Part shown: in pieces, positions 13,024-26,694 of the stretch
Layout of the letters: the number at the start of each line of letters is the position of its first letter
Numbering within the stretch: position 1 is the first letter of the stretch
Source: Octopus vulgaris
Taxonomy: Eukaryota
Reading direction: 5' to 3'
Length of the DNA stretch: 64,000 nucleotides
NCBI GenBank assembly: GCA_951406725.2
Contig: OX597820.1
Coordinates: 125,984,001 to 126,048,000, forward strand
Notes under the pieces: generated by a model
The model's input: the letters and a program-made list of their open reading frames with translations, nothing else
What the model was told of the DNA's origin: nothing
Database searches by the model: none
Program-made: the position numbers and the translations under genes

Positions 13024-13360
13024 ATAGCATGCCCAGCTGACAACAAGGTATGCGGTAAGGAAGAAAGAAAAGTCGAGAGAGATGACAGGTTTGCTTGGGA
13101 AGTTAAGCATTTGTGGTCGATGAAAAACGTAGCAGTAGTACCAATAATTGTCGTAGCCCTGGGAACAGTGAGCTAAAATCTCGAGAGGTACATAGAAACA
13201 AATACGGGCTGCACTAAGGGTGCAGAATACATCACTGCTTGGAAGCGCTCGAATACTCCGGAAGGTGCTCGAAAATTATGAAGTGTTACCTTAGTTCACT
13301 GGTAGTGAACAGCTGACACTGTAGTACATCTCCAGCGTAAGAAGCTGTGCAAAGGCAATA
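13024..13360 (+). mobile_element. 3' fragment of R4/Dong-like non-LTR retrotransposon (REL endonuclease C-terminus) ending in (TAA)n
   Basis: IACPADNKVCGKEERKVE...LWSMKNVAVVPIIVVALGTV matches the D-x-A-x-P...KE-x-EK...VP-x-V-x-GALG pattern. The tail runs into AAT/GAA repeats. Confidence 0.8.
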
Positions 13361-13364
13361 ATAA

Positions 13365-13395
<31 letters not shown>

Positions 13396-13413
13396 AAGAA
13401 GAATAACAATAAC

Positions 13414-13466
<53 letters not shown>

Positions 13467-13524
13467 TAATAATCAAATTGAAAAATACCTTAGGAATGAG
13501 AAAACAGATTCGAAATTTCTCCAA

Positions 13525-13570
13525 GGCACCTGATGAAGGCTGGAGAGTATATCAGCCGCAACGTTGTGTT
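13525..13570 (+). ncRNA. Minimal type I hammerhead motif in SINE-like body (13478-13650)
   Basis: ggcac-CTGATGA-a-ggctg(gagagtatat)cagcc-GCA-ACGT-T-gtgtt. GAA is changed to GCA in this copy, and stem III is the palindrome ACGT. Confidence 0.65.
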
Positions 13571-14359
13571 AACAACAAAGAAGAGGAGGATGAATATCTG
13601 TCAAATGTAAATAATTTACACAATGCCCCATCTCATAAATATAGAACTGTAAAGGTGTTGACATTTTATATAGGATCTTTTGTTCTTCGAACGGTTTCTG
13701 CTACATTCCACACTTATTGCCAAGTATCATGAACTGTCCATTGTAAACACAATTTGCCCGCCAACGCAAAGTTACTTAATTTAAGTTATATGAAAAACAT
13801 ATATCAACTGCGACACGTACATTGTTACAGATCGAAGGAAATATTCGCTTTGATCGAACGTCCAAATTTCAAACCTTGACACAAGTCTGGGTCTCCCAAA
13901 CAACACATTACCTCCGTCTAGACTTTCAAAAATAACATTTTCTATTGTCTATTGTACACTGTATTATATTCTATTCAATTCAAATGCTACATATGTTATT
14001 TGATTATTAAACCTTCTTGTATACTTTGAATGTGTTTATTCAACTATTATATACTGAGGTGCAGAATATTTCATTGTTCTATCTAACTTCTTTGTGAATA
14101 TAACAAAGGTATTATAATCTTCATGACTCTGTCCGTATGTTCGCTATTTATTAAATCTCTATTTTTATAGGAAAACTTTTACTTGTCTTTTTTCATTAAG
14201 CAGACTCGACTGAGTTACAGAGTCAAACGTAAAACCTAAATGATTACCGTGTAGACCTACGCCTGTATGTTTATGCAGTTAACGTATTTATTTATTTACC
14301 GATATATATACATATATGTGTATATATATATATTTAGATATACAAAACCACACGCTTAC

Positions 14360-14436
<77 letters not shown>

Positions 14437-14544
14437 CATATATATATACATATATATGTATATATATGTATGTATACATATATGTATATATTTTTTCTTT
14501 CTTTTTTCTCTCCTTTTTTTCTCTCCTTGTTTCTCTCCTTGTTT

Positions 14545-14685
14545 TTTTCTGTGTCCCTTTCTGTAGAAGAGCGTAAGCTCGAAACGTAAAATACTTTTTC
14601 TATTCCTGAGCGTTATACTAATACATGTTTGTATTGTAAACCACCTGTCCTCGTCTTATGATTTTTTTCCTAAACTCTCCCTATA
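14545..14685 (+). mobile_element. Short interspersed repeat with variant hammerhead-like core, copy 1
   Basis: cttt-CTGTAGA-a-gagc(gtaa)gctc-GAA-ACGT-A-aaa. ~140-bp direct repeat of 15165-15306. Confidence 0.7.
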
Positions 14686-15129
14686 AATATATATATATGT
14701 GTGCGTGTGTGTGTGTGTGTCAAAAGTTTTAATACTATTCCACATATACAAAAACAGCCATACTAACAATCCAACATACCTCGCTCATCAGCTGCCCCAC
14801 GGATATCATTATGATTTCTATACCTAGGCAGTATCATTCAATCCGGTTGTGTGAACAGCACTAAAATTTTTGAGGACAAATATACCAAAGAATCCACAGC
14901 TTTCAAACGCATTTGCCCTAAGTACAACCGAATCGGTAAATAAATTCAATAAATAAACAACCAACTCCTAAATACGCAACTAAAGATCGCCTAATCCTTT
15001 AACTCATGCAAAAATTATAATCCCTACCGTCTCCATGGTATAACTTAAAAGTAAAAGATTAATAAATACATTCATTCAATTAATCGGATTATATTGCAGG
15101 ATTAAAACTAATTTTAATAAAACTATATA

Positions 15130-15304
15130 TATCGCCATGATAGATCGTTAGCCACTACACACATTTTTTTCTGTGTCCCTTTCTGTAGAAGAGCCTAGGC
15201 TCGAAACGTAAAATACTTTTTCTATTCCTGAGCATTATACTAATATCTCTGTTTGTTTAGTACACCACCTGTTTTCGTCTTTTGTTTTTATCGTAAACTC
15301 TCCC

Positions 15305-15306
<2 letters not shown>
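15130..15306 (+). mobile_element. Short interspersed repeat with variant hammerhead-like core, copy 2
   Basis: cttt-CTGTAGA-a-gagc(ctag)gctc-GAA-ACGT-A-aaa. Ends ctctcccta before (TA)n, as copy 1 does. Confidence 0.7.
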
Positions 15307-15350
<44 letters not shown>

Positions 15351-15389
15351 CGTGTGCGTGTGTGTGTATGTATGTATGTATATTATGAA

Positions 15390-16030
15390 CAGGGAAACGG
15401 GAAATGGATTTAGAAATCATTTTCATTCAACACAACGATCGCTTCGACCTGGGTGGGATATTACACATTTAGTTGTGTTGCATCCTTGCAACCACCAATG
15501 CAGGTTCTGCTTCGTCGGGTGTCTGGTGTAAATAAGATACATTACAACATGTACTGAGTTTCGCTAGGCATGTTGTGGGATGTGTATATGTTTGTGTGTG
15601 TGTGTGCATGTAGTTCTGTATATATGTTCATGTCAACAAATGTATACCTTTCCTACATGTTATTTTTCAATTCGTATCCTTTGTAAAGATTTATTCTATA
15701 TATTTCATTCTTTCCATCCTTCATTTCGTATCCCTTGTCAGGTTATATCCTTTATCTTTTATTACTGTAATTTATGTTATGTATTCACTGTGAACTATAG
15801 CCAGACCCAGCTACTGGTTGTAGCCCCGGAATTAACCCATCCTATGTCAGTGTAGCCAACATACTACGCGTGAACACAACATGCTAAGCGAAACTCAGCA
15901 TACGTAGAAATGTATCTTATTCAAACTACACACTTGATGTAATAGAACTAAATGTACAATATCACACCCGTAAACGATAGATTTAGTATGGGTTGAAAAG
16001 ATCAATCAATTTCCCATTTCCGTCATCTCT
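15390..16030. mobile_element. Fold-back element with ~160-190-bp diverged arms
   Basis: aataagatacatt...ctgagtttcgctaggcatgttgtg versus cacaacatgctaagcgaaactcag...aatgtatcttatt. Also gggtgggatatt / aatatcacaccc. Confidence 0.75.
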
Positions 16031-16042
16031 CTATTTTTTGGC

Positions 16043-16112
16043 TATAACTCTCTAAAAATGCTTTATAGTTATTTCCCTTACAAACCCGAGCAACGCCGGG
16101 TGATACTGCTAG
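16043..16112 (+). mobile_element. Helitron 3'-end fragment
   Basis: cccg-agcaacgc-cggg hairpin then CTAG|T. Near-identical to 4195-4262. Confidence 0.75.
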
Positions 16113-16263
16113 TTCATTATAAACTCAACGAACATTGCGGAATTCCTGAGGTAGAGCCAGTGACAATTATATCATAATTGTGGACGACATCAGGCAGCAT
16201 AAGCTGAGAAAATGTTTTAATCGGCATACTACAAGACATATACCCTAAGTCCAAATAATTGTT

Positions 16264-16302
<39 letters not shown>

Positions 16303-16310
<8 letters not shown>

Positions 16311-16596
16311 AATATAAGAGAGTAACCACTATGTGGCCGAATCTAGCACTAAAAATAGATCCGCTAGGTTTCAGCCACAAAGAATTGTTTCCGATGAAAT
16401 TTAGCACAACTACTAGCGCAAACGGACAGAGCAAATAAAAATAACAAAAATGTAGATTTTTATTTGCCCTGTTCGTTTACGCTAGTAGTAGTGCTAATTT
16501 TGAACGGAAACAATTCTTCGTGGCTGAAACCGTAGCGGATCTATTTTTAGTGCTAGAGTAGACCACATAGTTGTTACTCTCTTATATTTATGTATA
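16303..16596. mobile_element. Near-continuous 294-bp imperfect palindrome at the edge of (TA)n
   Basis: Arms 16303-16442 and 16456-16596 are reverse complements (e.g. tctagcactaaaaatagatccgcta / tagcggatctatttttagtgctaga). Confidence 0.9.
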
Positions 16597-16701
16597 AAAT
16601 TTATCGTATTCCGGGTTTTTATGCACTAAGCCACTTGGTGTTGAATGAATGTACTATTAAATTAGTATCCAAGTTTCTCACCCTTATTTGTTGATGATAC
16701 A

Positions 16702-16758
<57 letters not shown>

Positions 16759-17016
16759 GTATGCATACATGTGTGTGTGTGTGTGTGTGTGTGCATATAT
16801 GTATAATATATGTATGTATTCATTTAAGTATGTATTTATACACTCGTCACCTTTTCGTGACGTGGAATTATTGTCTTTTGACTTTGAATTGCGTTTACCC
16901 ACCTTAATTATTTTACAATTTTCACCTTACCACTTTGCAGAATCAGCCACTGATTTCTATCATGAATTACATAAATACTGAGAAGGACATTTCAGCTTCA
17001 CCACCCGCAAAAGTGT

Positions 17017-17071
<55 letters not shown>

Positions 17072-17204
17072 GCCTTCTGAAAGGAAGCTTCGTCCCTTGT
17101 TCAGTAAATAGAACATGTGCCCTTGTGGCCAAATTGTCTTTGACTCTTATTTCTAGCTATTTCCTTCTTGATCTTGAATTGCACCTAGCCAGCTTAATTA
17201 TTAC

Positions 17205-17271
<67 letters not shown>

Positions 17272-17404
17272 GCCTTCTGAAAGGAAGCTTCGCTGTTTGA
17301 AGTTAGCCCTAGAACGTGTGTTACATATATGCATAATCTTGGGTATTGCGGACGAACAGCTAGAAGAAAACCTCTCCTTCATGAATATCATGAAAAGAAA
17401 GAAA

Positions 17405-18251
<847 letters not shown>

Positions 18252-18334
18252 ATAATAAATATTCGGGAATAAATCCAAACTTACAGGGAAAAATCAGATT
18301 TAGGATTGAATCCAATTTTATAGTAAAATATTTA

Positions 18335-18403
18335 AACCACCTGATGAATGACTGTAACTCGAAAATTTAAAGAAATTAACAGCCATGAAGCGATCGTAGT
18401 GTT
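18335..18403 (+). ncRNA. Type I hammerhead motif in a ~290-bp island between (TA)n arrays
   Basis: aaccac-CTGATGA-atgactgt...acagccat-GAA-GCGATCGT-A-gtgtt. Stem III contains the palindrome CGATCG, and A15.1 is changed to G. Confidence 0.7.
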
Positions 18404-18528
18404 ATATTAATTATATTTTTTTTAATAATTTTGTTATATATTTAAATAATATAAATTAAATAATCTTATGTATTGGCTTAAGTTTTTCATTGTATGATTT
18501 GCCTAATAGTGGTTTTATCTCTAATTTA

Positions 18529-18623
<95 letters not shown>

Positions 18624-18913
18624 ATATATATATATTCCCACAGCACAATTTAAACTGCGTGACAAATAACGAGTATTAAGAATTCCATGCGTTTTCCCAT
18701 TCATATATTTCATTTGTTAGTGTGGGAGTTTCCAAAAGTATTTTAGTTGTATGATGGCACTGTGTGGGGGTAGCTAATAGGAGAATCGGGCTTATAAAAT
18801 CTCGCAAACCAACTCATACGTTTCCAATTGCCTGATAAGGTCCGAATGGATTTACTGAATCGAATGGACAACTAAATCGAGATTATCATATGTTATATAC
18901 TATAACGTTATGT

Positions 18914-19130
18914 AAGGTGGCGCGCTGGCAGAATCGTTAACACACCGGGCAAAATACTTAGCGGAATTTCGTCCGTCTTAACGTCCTGAGTTCGAATTTT
19001 ATCGAGGTCGACTTCGCCTTTCATCTTTTCGGGGTTGATGAAATATGTACCAGTTACGTACTGAGGTCTATATAATCGGCTAGACCCTCCCCCACAATTC
19101 TCAGGTCTTGTGCCTATACTAGAAAGGATT
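18914..19130 (+). mobile_element. tRNA-derived SINE, same family as 12398-12630
   Basis: aaggtggcgcgctggcagaatcgtta...gaggtcgacttcgcctttcatcttttcgggg...agaaaggatt. Confidence 0.9.
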
Positions 19131-19170
19131 ACTATAATTTGTATTAATGTTGTTGTTGTTGTTGTCGTTT

Positions 19171-19362
19171 AGGCGGTGAGCTGGCAGAACCGTCAGCACG
19201 CCGGACAAAATGCGTAGCGTCATTTCGTTCACCTTTATGTCATGAGTTTAAATGCCGCGTATTAAACTTTGCATTAATAACAGGTGTGCACTAGAGTCGA
19301 TCTAATCGACTTGTCCCTCGCCCAAACTTTCAGGTTTTGCGCCTATAGTATAAAGGATTATT
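19171..19362 (+). mobile_element. Second tandem SINE copy with internal deletion
   Basis: aggcggtgagctggcagaaccgtcagcacgccggacaaaatgc...gcctatagtataaaggatt. Confidence 0.8.
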
Positions 19363-22300
19363 AATATTGTTGCTTTTATTGTTGTTGTTACTACTGCTGT
19401 CTGTGTCTCTCTCCGATCATGTTCTGTAAATCAGTAAAATAGATATAAGCAAGACGAATAAGTTCTGGAAAGGTTTGAAAGTTGAGCAATATGAATACTA
19501 GATCAGGCTTCTTCATCTACTAATTAGCTTTGCTATTTCTCAGACTAGAGTGTTTTATTCTATAGGTTAACGATCAAAACATAAACATTAACCTCTGAAA
19601 GAATGCCTGGAGTTGAATTATGTAGTAGGTTTAATTAACAAAACATGTTATGGAGACGTTTCTAATACAAAGGCTTATATAAACAAGTAATTAGCTTAAT
19701 TAGCTTTAAATCACTAGTGTTAATCATATTAAAAATTACTTTTTATATTTAAAGTTAGCCATAATATTAATTAGATAACATTAATTTCATGATTTAACGC
19801 TTATGTATGCCTTTCATGTTAAATTAGCTATGTACATTTGAAAGAAGGTTGCTATGAATTATAAGCTAATGCGTTATTAGACAAATGAAACTTTCGCCTG
19901 ACTCTCTTCTACCAGAATTAAATTCCCCTCGAGTGAGTTTGGTCTGTTTTTTTTTTTTTTTATTAGAAATGGAAATGTAAGACGTTATGATGATTTCTCA
20001 TAGGCATTCGTAATATAATTGAAACTAAATACTTTCACTTTGGAGGCAAAATAGCATTGCTTGGAAAGAACAGAGATAAAATTATAACTTTTACGCTGAT
20101 CACTTCTGTTTTCAATTACACAGAAAAGGAATACAAAGTTTTAATATTCATGCATTAGCAGCTCAAATGATGTGACTGCAACTTAAAATCAAAAATCACG
20201 CACTCTATTGCTAAATTTATGGTACTAACAGAAAAAACATTGTTACTCGAGTATTAATTCTGACAAGTCCCCATTTCTATTTCAATATATATTTAGAAAA
20301 AAGTATTTGACAGTAGAGTAGCAAAAAAATTAAGGACTGAAGACAAGAGGTAAATATTCTCTGCAAATATGAGCCGTTTTTTAATATAATCTGCTGAAAT
20401 ATCTTGAGTTACCAATATCTAAAACAAATTGCGTTGCAATATATACTTGTGATCGTATGTCTATGGCATTTCAAGTTTTCTTATAACTAGTAATTCACTC
20501 AACATATGGTATTGGCCGTGTTCTGAATACGAAAATAACTTGGCACAAAAAATAAAACAATTTTTGAAAAACTACTTTTTTCATTTTATATTTAGTCTGG
20601 TAATCATTGGCTAAGAAAATTGAACTTTCTATTTTTATCCCTTCCTAAGTTAACGAAGTGGACATTTAAGATCAGGCAATAAATCAATCAAACTAATAAA
20701 TGTGTCAAAAACTGTAGCATCCCAAATCCTCAAAATAGTATCCAAATTCCCTAAATTCACACCAAACTGTGATTGGATACATTTCATGAGAAAACTATGA
20801 CAAAGGAAGTTGCTGGAAAATTGATACATACCAAACGTAGTATTAATATTAGCAGTCTCAATAAGAATATCTTTTTCACATTAGAATCTACACAAAGCAA
20901 CTAATATGAAAGCGGCACTTTGCGTTTATGTTCAGCCTTCTAAAAATAGCATCCAAATGTAACTGAAATCACATTCTATCGTGAAACAAAGCTGAATCAG
21001 ATAAAATATATGTACATAACCCTTGACGATGACACATGCCTTAGTGTATTGGGCTCACAATCATAAGGTCATGAGTTCGATTCTTGGGCAGGGTGGCCTT
21101 TGGTGCTCCTTTGCTAGGCACATAATTTAACATTGCTCCAGCTTATTCAAATTTTTCACAATCTCTCACATATGCGATGTTCTGTTAGCTCAAGAGATGG
21201 AGAGCCGCAGGTAAGATTATATCTGTTCGTCATTATAAAGGCACCCAAAACAAATAGAATAAGAACGGTTCCAGCTGCCATGTCATACTTGTCTGCGAGG
21301 GAGGCTATGTTTATTTTACACACTTATAAATGAGGCGAAATTATTGACTTTTTAAAGCGTCTGATAGAATGCCTTTCGGTATTGTTTTAAAATAAAGACA
21401 CTGTGTGGATCTAGCCTTCAAAGCCAAGTAGTTAAATTAACGAAAAGGTACCAATATTACTAGATATCATCAGTAAAACAGTAAAGAAATATGTGTGTCT
21501 ATCGCAGGTAGACTTTAGAGAAATTAAACAATCCTATACACATTCTCTTTATTTTCTCGTTTGGCTAATATTATTGGAATTCCTGCTACTGCTTATTCCT
21601 TATAGTTATGAGATACCCACATTGGAAGGTTTTATTTACTAAATTAAAGCTATTCTTAGATAACCGTAATATTTTAATTAACTGTATAACACGTTTGATA
21701 CAAAACATTTTATGTGTATTATCTAAGCGCCAAAAATGCAATATCAATATATTTCAAAACATCATTTACAGTGTTCTCTTGCATTGGAACCAGTCCAAAC
21801 ATATGACAATAATCATATATAATAGTAATACGCAGGCAATAAATTACATAACAAAAGTTGTATTAATATAATAACTGCATATATTTCAACTCAATCTGCA
21901 TTGCAGAAAAAAGTCAGAATATGTTTCCTTCTTTGCTACGGGTCAAGGAGTTAGCTGTTACGTGGTTTGCTAAACGAAAGAGAATAGCAACTGTCTTTTC
22001 TTAAAAAGTAGACCGTTGCGACTTGTAAATGACACATCGAGACAAATATGCTTATCGTTCGATTTCCAATTTGAAGATTCATAACACTTGCCTTCAGGTT
22101 TTCTATGCATAAGCTAGAATTTTAGCATAATATTTTAAGTCGCTTTATGAGAAATTTAAAGAAAGTATTTTGATATCTACTCTTTGTTCAAGACTTTGCG
22201 TTAAATAACAATGCTGGCTATGATAACTAGTGGTCCAAAACTTCCTTTATAACAACTTTTCTTACTAACTGGAGTTACTGAGGACTAATAAATTCTCTTT

Positions 22301-23423
22301 CGGATTTATTTTTATTATAGTTTCGGATTTATTTTTATCAGACCACATTTTTGTCCTTGCAATTCTACTCTTATCCTAAGTTTCGTTTAATATGGCGCTT
22401 TCTATTACATGTTTAAGTGCTAAATTACTTGGTCTCTTGTCGTAGCATAATTCGTCATTTTTCTGATTACATATAAAATAGAATTTAATATAATAAAAAT
22501 TTTCTGAAAACTGTTCACCAGAAATGCGTATAGATTTTGAAAGCTTCATACCATTAAAGTTTCATGGATAAATATGTATATATTCTGATGTCCTGTGAAA
22601 CAAAATTCTAGCGCAGAACGTTTTGAATATTGGAAGTATTTCCTTGTGTTTGTAACTACATAAATGATAACTATAAGCGGCGATTCTTTTATCCTCTTAA
22701 AGTAGGAAAATATGTAATCTATTCCCAACGGTTAAAAATGAAAATTATTTTTATCAATATTGTTATGACATTTATTTCACCTGTGCAAGATGAACTTTAC
22801 AAAGACTAACTCATAATATTTGTAACTATATAAATACTAAATGATAAATGGGGATTTTTTTATTCTCCTAAACTGGTCGAATATATCGTCCGCTACAGTC
22901 AGCTGAAAATCAGAATTATTTTTATCACTATCACAATAATATTCATTTCATTGGTCCAAGACGAACTTTAGAGAAACAAACATTTTACTTGTATATTGTA
23001 TAATGATTTATGGCTATGCCAAGATAATTGCATTCAGAAACAATACTATATATTTGTTTACTATTTAGTAGTTGACGTCAACTCAAGACTTCAATGGTTT
23101 TCCTCTTGTACATCTCAGCACGTCTTTGTTGATTATTTAATCAATATTTTCCAAAAGTTCTATTAATAAGCCTCAATTTGGAGACGTGTTTCTCTGTACC
23201 TAATTCATCATGGTTCTAACTTAAGGTTATATTTCGCTTCACATTTGAAATATCTGGAGATATCAGTGCATCCATAAATAGAACAAACAATATAATTTCC
23301 AGTTTGCATAGATATTTTTCCGGCAAGAAAATATGTAATTATATCTCATGGGTCTGTGTTTTGTACCGCACTTTCATATTTAGATACAGATGACCATCTG
23401 ATACCTTTTTATATTATTATTAA

Positions 23424-23531
<108 letters not shown>

Positions 23532-24195
23532 CATCATCATCATCATCATCATCATCATTAATATTATTATTATTATTATTATTTCATATATACGCACAAC
23601 AGATTAGACTCTTGGAAAAGTAGAAATCCTAGTGGTGATAGTAGTGGTGGTGGTGGTGGTGGCGGCGGCGGTGGCTGGGTGGTATTGATATGCTGTTTAT
23701 AGCAATATTTCAACCCAGATATGATATTTGAAGTAATATTCTAACCTATATCTAATCAATGTAAGGATTTTACACATCTATCGATCTACATGCTCTATTT
23801 ATCATTCCAATAAATTTATAGATGAATGTAGATGAATTTAATCAATAATTTTGTATGACGTGAATTTGAGAAACTTTTTTAATTAAAATACTTTAGCCAA
23901 CCAAGATTGTAAACTCTAGTATTAAATATAACATTAATATTTAAAATAAATAAAAATTCAAAAGCTTATATATTAGGGCTACTGTAGCGATGATTATGAG
24001 GCAAAAATATATCGGACTGTAGGGGACAGTTTGCATAAGAATAAAAAAGTGCATGTTTCTTATAAAAAATATATATTTTCAAATTACACATTAAATTCAA
24101 ACAGTAGGTTTTCAGCACCAGTAGTAATCTCTGGTCGATGATGTGTAACCTCATATCTTCGATTGAAAATATCCATAGCATCACGGCCTCTCTCC

Positions 24196-24431
24196 TACAG
24201 GTTGTTCAAAAAGTCTCTCCGCAAACCGCGTCAGACTCTCCAAGATATATTTCAAAACATGTTTAGAAGAATCAACGTATGTATTGAAAATGAAGGACGA
24301 CTCTTTCAATACCTCTTCTAAAGTTTTTTAAAGTGTTGTAACGACTAGTATATTATTTTGTAGTCTTATACCATCTTATAAATATTTATTTGGCAAGTAC
24401 TTACTGAGAGAATCTTTTTGAACACCCTGTA
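24196..24431 (+). mobile_element. Internally deleted Tc1/mariner element with both TIRs and TA target duplication
   Basis: TA-caggttgttcaaaaag ... ctttttgaacaccctg-TA (15/16 match). The interior encodes a transposase C-terminus, RRINVCIENEGRLFQYL*. Confidence 0.85.
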
Positions 24432-24917
24432 TAATTGTAACACCGACAGATTAATCATGGAAGTGTACTGAGGACAAACATAATAACGTTTACGTATCTC
24501 ACCAATATTTCAGTCCACTGAAAAAATTCCATGGGATTATTCAAAAAATACTTTACAAATAATTAAATTATTAAACATTAAACATTGAAACTTTGTTTTT
24601 TACATGTATACAACGCATTGTACTATTTTACAGTTTAATACATTTGGAATTTGAAAGGGATATGATTCTAATACAGATTGGAGGTCGATGGCAAAATTTG
24701 AACGCCGATTTTTCAGTTAATCGTTTTATTGATACTATGCTTATATACTACTGTATAGTACTATACTTAGAGAGGGGCATTTCTGCAAATTTTTTTGGAT
24801 AATTTCGAACGGTCTAAGTTTTATAGTTCAACATATTTTTATAAAGTAAAACACCTAGCGCATTCATTTTTAGCATGAGGAACAATGGTCATAGCTGATA
24901 CGATCAACGGAAAAGGT

Positions 24918-25182
24918 GGCTCGTGAAACTAGCGTGCAATGGCTGAGCAACCCGCAGACACGTGTACCCTTAACGTAGTCGTAAGGGAGATTCAGCGTGA
25001 CACAGAGTGTGACATGCCTGGCCTTTTGAAATACAGGTACTACTCACTTTTGTCAGCTGGTTGGACTGCAGCAACGTGAAATAAAGTGTCTTGCTGAAGG
25101 ACACAACGCGTCGCCGGTAATTGAACTCATGACCTTACGATGGTGAGCAGAATGCCCTAACTACTGAGCCATGCGCCTTCAC
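24918..25182 (-). mobile_element. tRNA-derived SINE with CORE-like domain
   Basis: Minus strand gtgaaggcgcatggctcagtagttaggg...gagttcaattacc...tgtgtccttcagcaagacacttt. Partial relatives at ~21020-21150 and ~27490-27620. Confidence 0.85.
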
Positions 25183-25192
25183 ACCCACCCAC

Positions 25193-25249
<57 letters not shown>

Positions 25250-25344
25250 AAATAAAAAGTTTTGAATGGTACAACAATGCACTATAATACAGCCAATAGG
25301 CTATATACCCGCTGAATTTAGTAATTTATCTATATGTCTATCTA

Positions 25345-25399
<55 letters not shown>

Positions 25400-25431
25400 C
25401 ATAGAAATTAATTAAAATTAAGCCTACAAAT

Positions 25432-25473
<42 letters not shown>

Positions 25474-25481
25474 TTAAAATT

Positions 25482-25656
25482 ACTAAGTCTCTCTAAAGGA
25501 GATTACGGCAGCGCTACTGGAAATTAATAGTTATCGCCATACTAATATGGCAGTCTTATAAATATAAGACTAAAGCTGTCGCTGATTAGTTCCAAGAGGC
25601 CACCGCCTCAAGCTAGCTATTTGACACACGAACCTGCGTCCATTACAAACCTTCGA
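25482..25656 (+). repeat. Dispersed repeat family member (also 30460-30600 +, 30620-30775 -, ~49140-49220)
   Basis: Shared ctaagtctctctaaaggaga.tacggcagcg.tactg...gattag..ccaagaggcca.cgcctc.agctag.tat.tgac. Confidence 0.8.
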
Positions 25657-25673
25657 TATAGATATATAGATAT

Positions 25674-25770
<97 letters not shown>

Positions 25771-25784
25771 AGGTAAAGTAATAA

Positions 25785-26592
25785 GAGGGAAGCTGCTTGG
25801 CAAATGTTGAGTGTGAACTCTGCTGTGCATGTAAACTAAGATTTAACGTTCAAGCTCACTTCTGCTATTTGCAGCAGTACTTGGAGCGAAGGTGTGTAGC
25901 GTGTGATCGTGGAACGACAGGGCAAGTTGTCGTGGTGATAACTGTTCAGAGGGTTACGCAAAGTCGCAGAAAGTGAATAGAGTGGAGTGTTTGAGCCGCG
26001 CACAAGTTCACGAGATGCTCAACGTTTCCAAGATGGCCGAACAATGTCGATTTTCACATGTGTCCTGGGAGACCGGCAAGCAGCAGAAGTGAGAAAACAT
26101 TGCATATGTGTGTGCAGCTATGAGAGAAAATCGTTGAATCACCATCCATGAATGATAAGATGTGCAGATTCGTTAGGGTTCAGTTCAGTCCATTATCACT
26201 GAAGATTTGGGAATGAGACTCGTGTCTGCCAATTTTGTGCCAGAACTGCTTTCAGCAGACCAAACTAGCGCTCGGGCTTCAGTTGCACAATATCTCTTTG
26301 TTTGTGGCCAGAAAGATGAAAACATTTTGAAAACATTGCGTATGTCTCTGAGCAGATATGAACAAGCTTTTGGCAATATTTAATGTAAGTTCTCTGCTCA
26401 ACTTTCACTGTCATGGTCAATGCGGTGATCACACGCTACACACCTCCCTTCTAAGCACTGCTGTAAACAGCGGCAGTGAGCTAGAACGTTAGAACTTAAT
26501 TCGCATGCACAGCAGAATGCAAGTTCAATCTGTGCCAAGCAGCTTCACACTAGGTGCTCTAATTTGTTACTATGGCAATAATCTGGATACTC
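25785..26592 (+). mobile_element. Mariner-family relic with long (~130-bp) inverted repeats
   Basis: gaagctgcttggca...ggtgtgtagcgtgtgatc / gatcacacgctacacacc...tgccaagcagcttc. Internal GSVQSIITEDLGMRLVSANFVPELLS matches the mariner WVP linker region. Confidence 0.85.
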
Positions 26593-26626
26593 ATTGATCA
26601 GATCAGGTATATATGCATGTATATGC

Positions 26627-26694
<68 letters not shown>

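Noticed and set aside
14780-14800. CTGATGA on minus strand as a hammerhead core
   Set aside because: No stem II or GAAA follows. The adjacent + strand reads FLYLGSII, suggesting a LINE RT remnant.
20337-20375. CTGAAGA with weak downstream stem
   Set aside because: No GAAA box or stem I.
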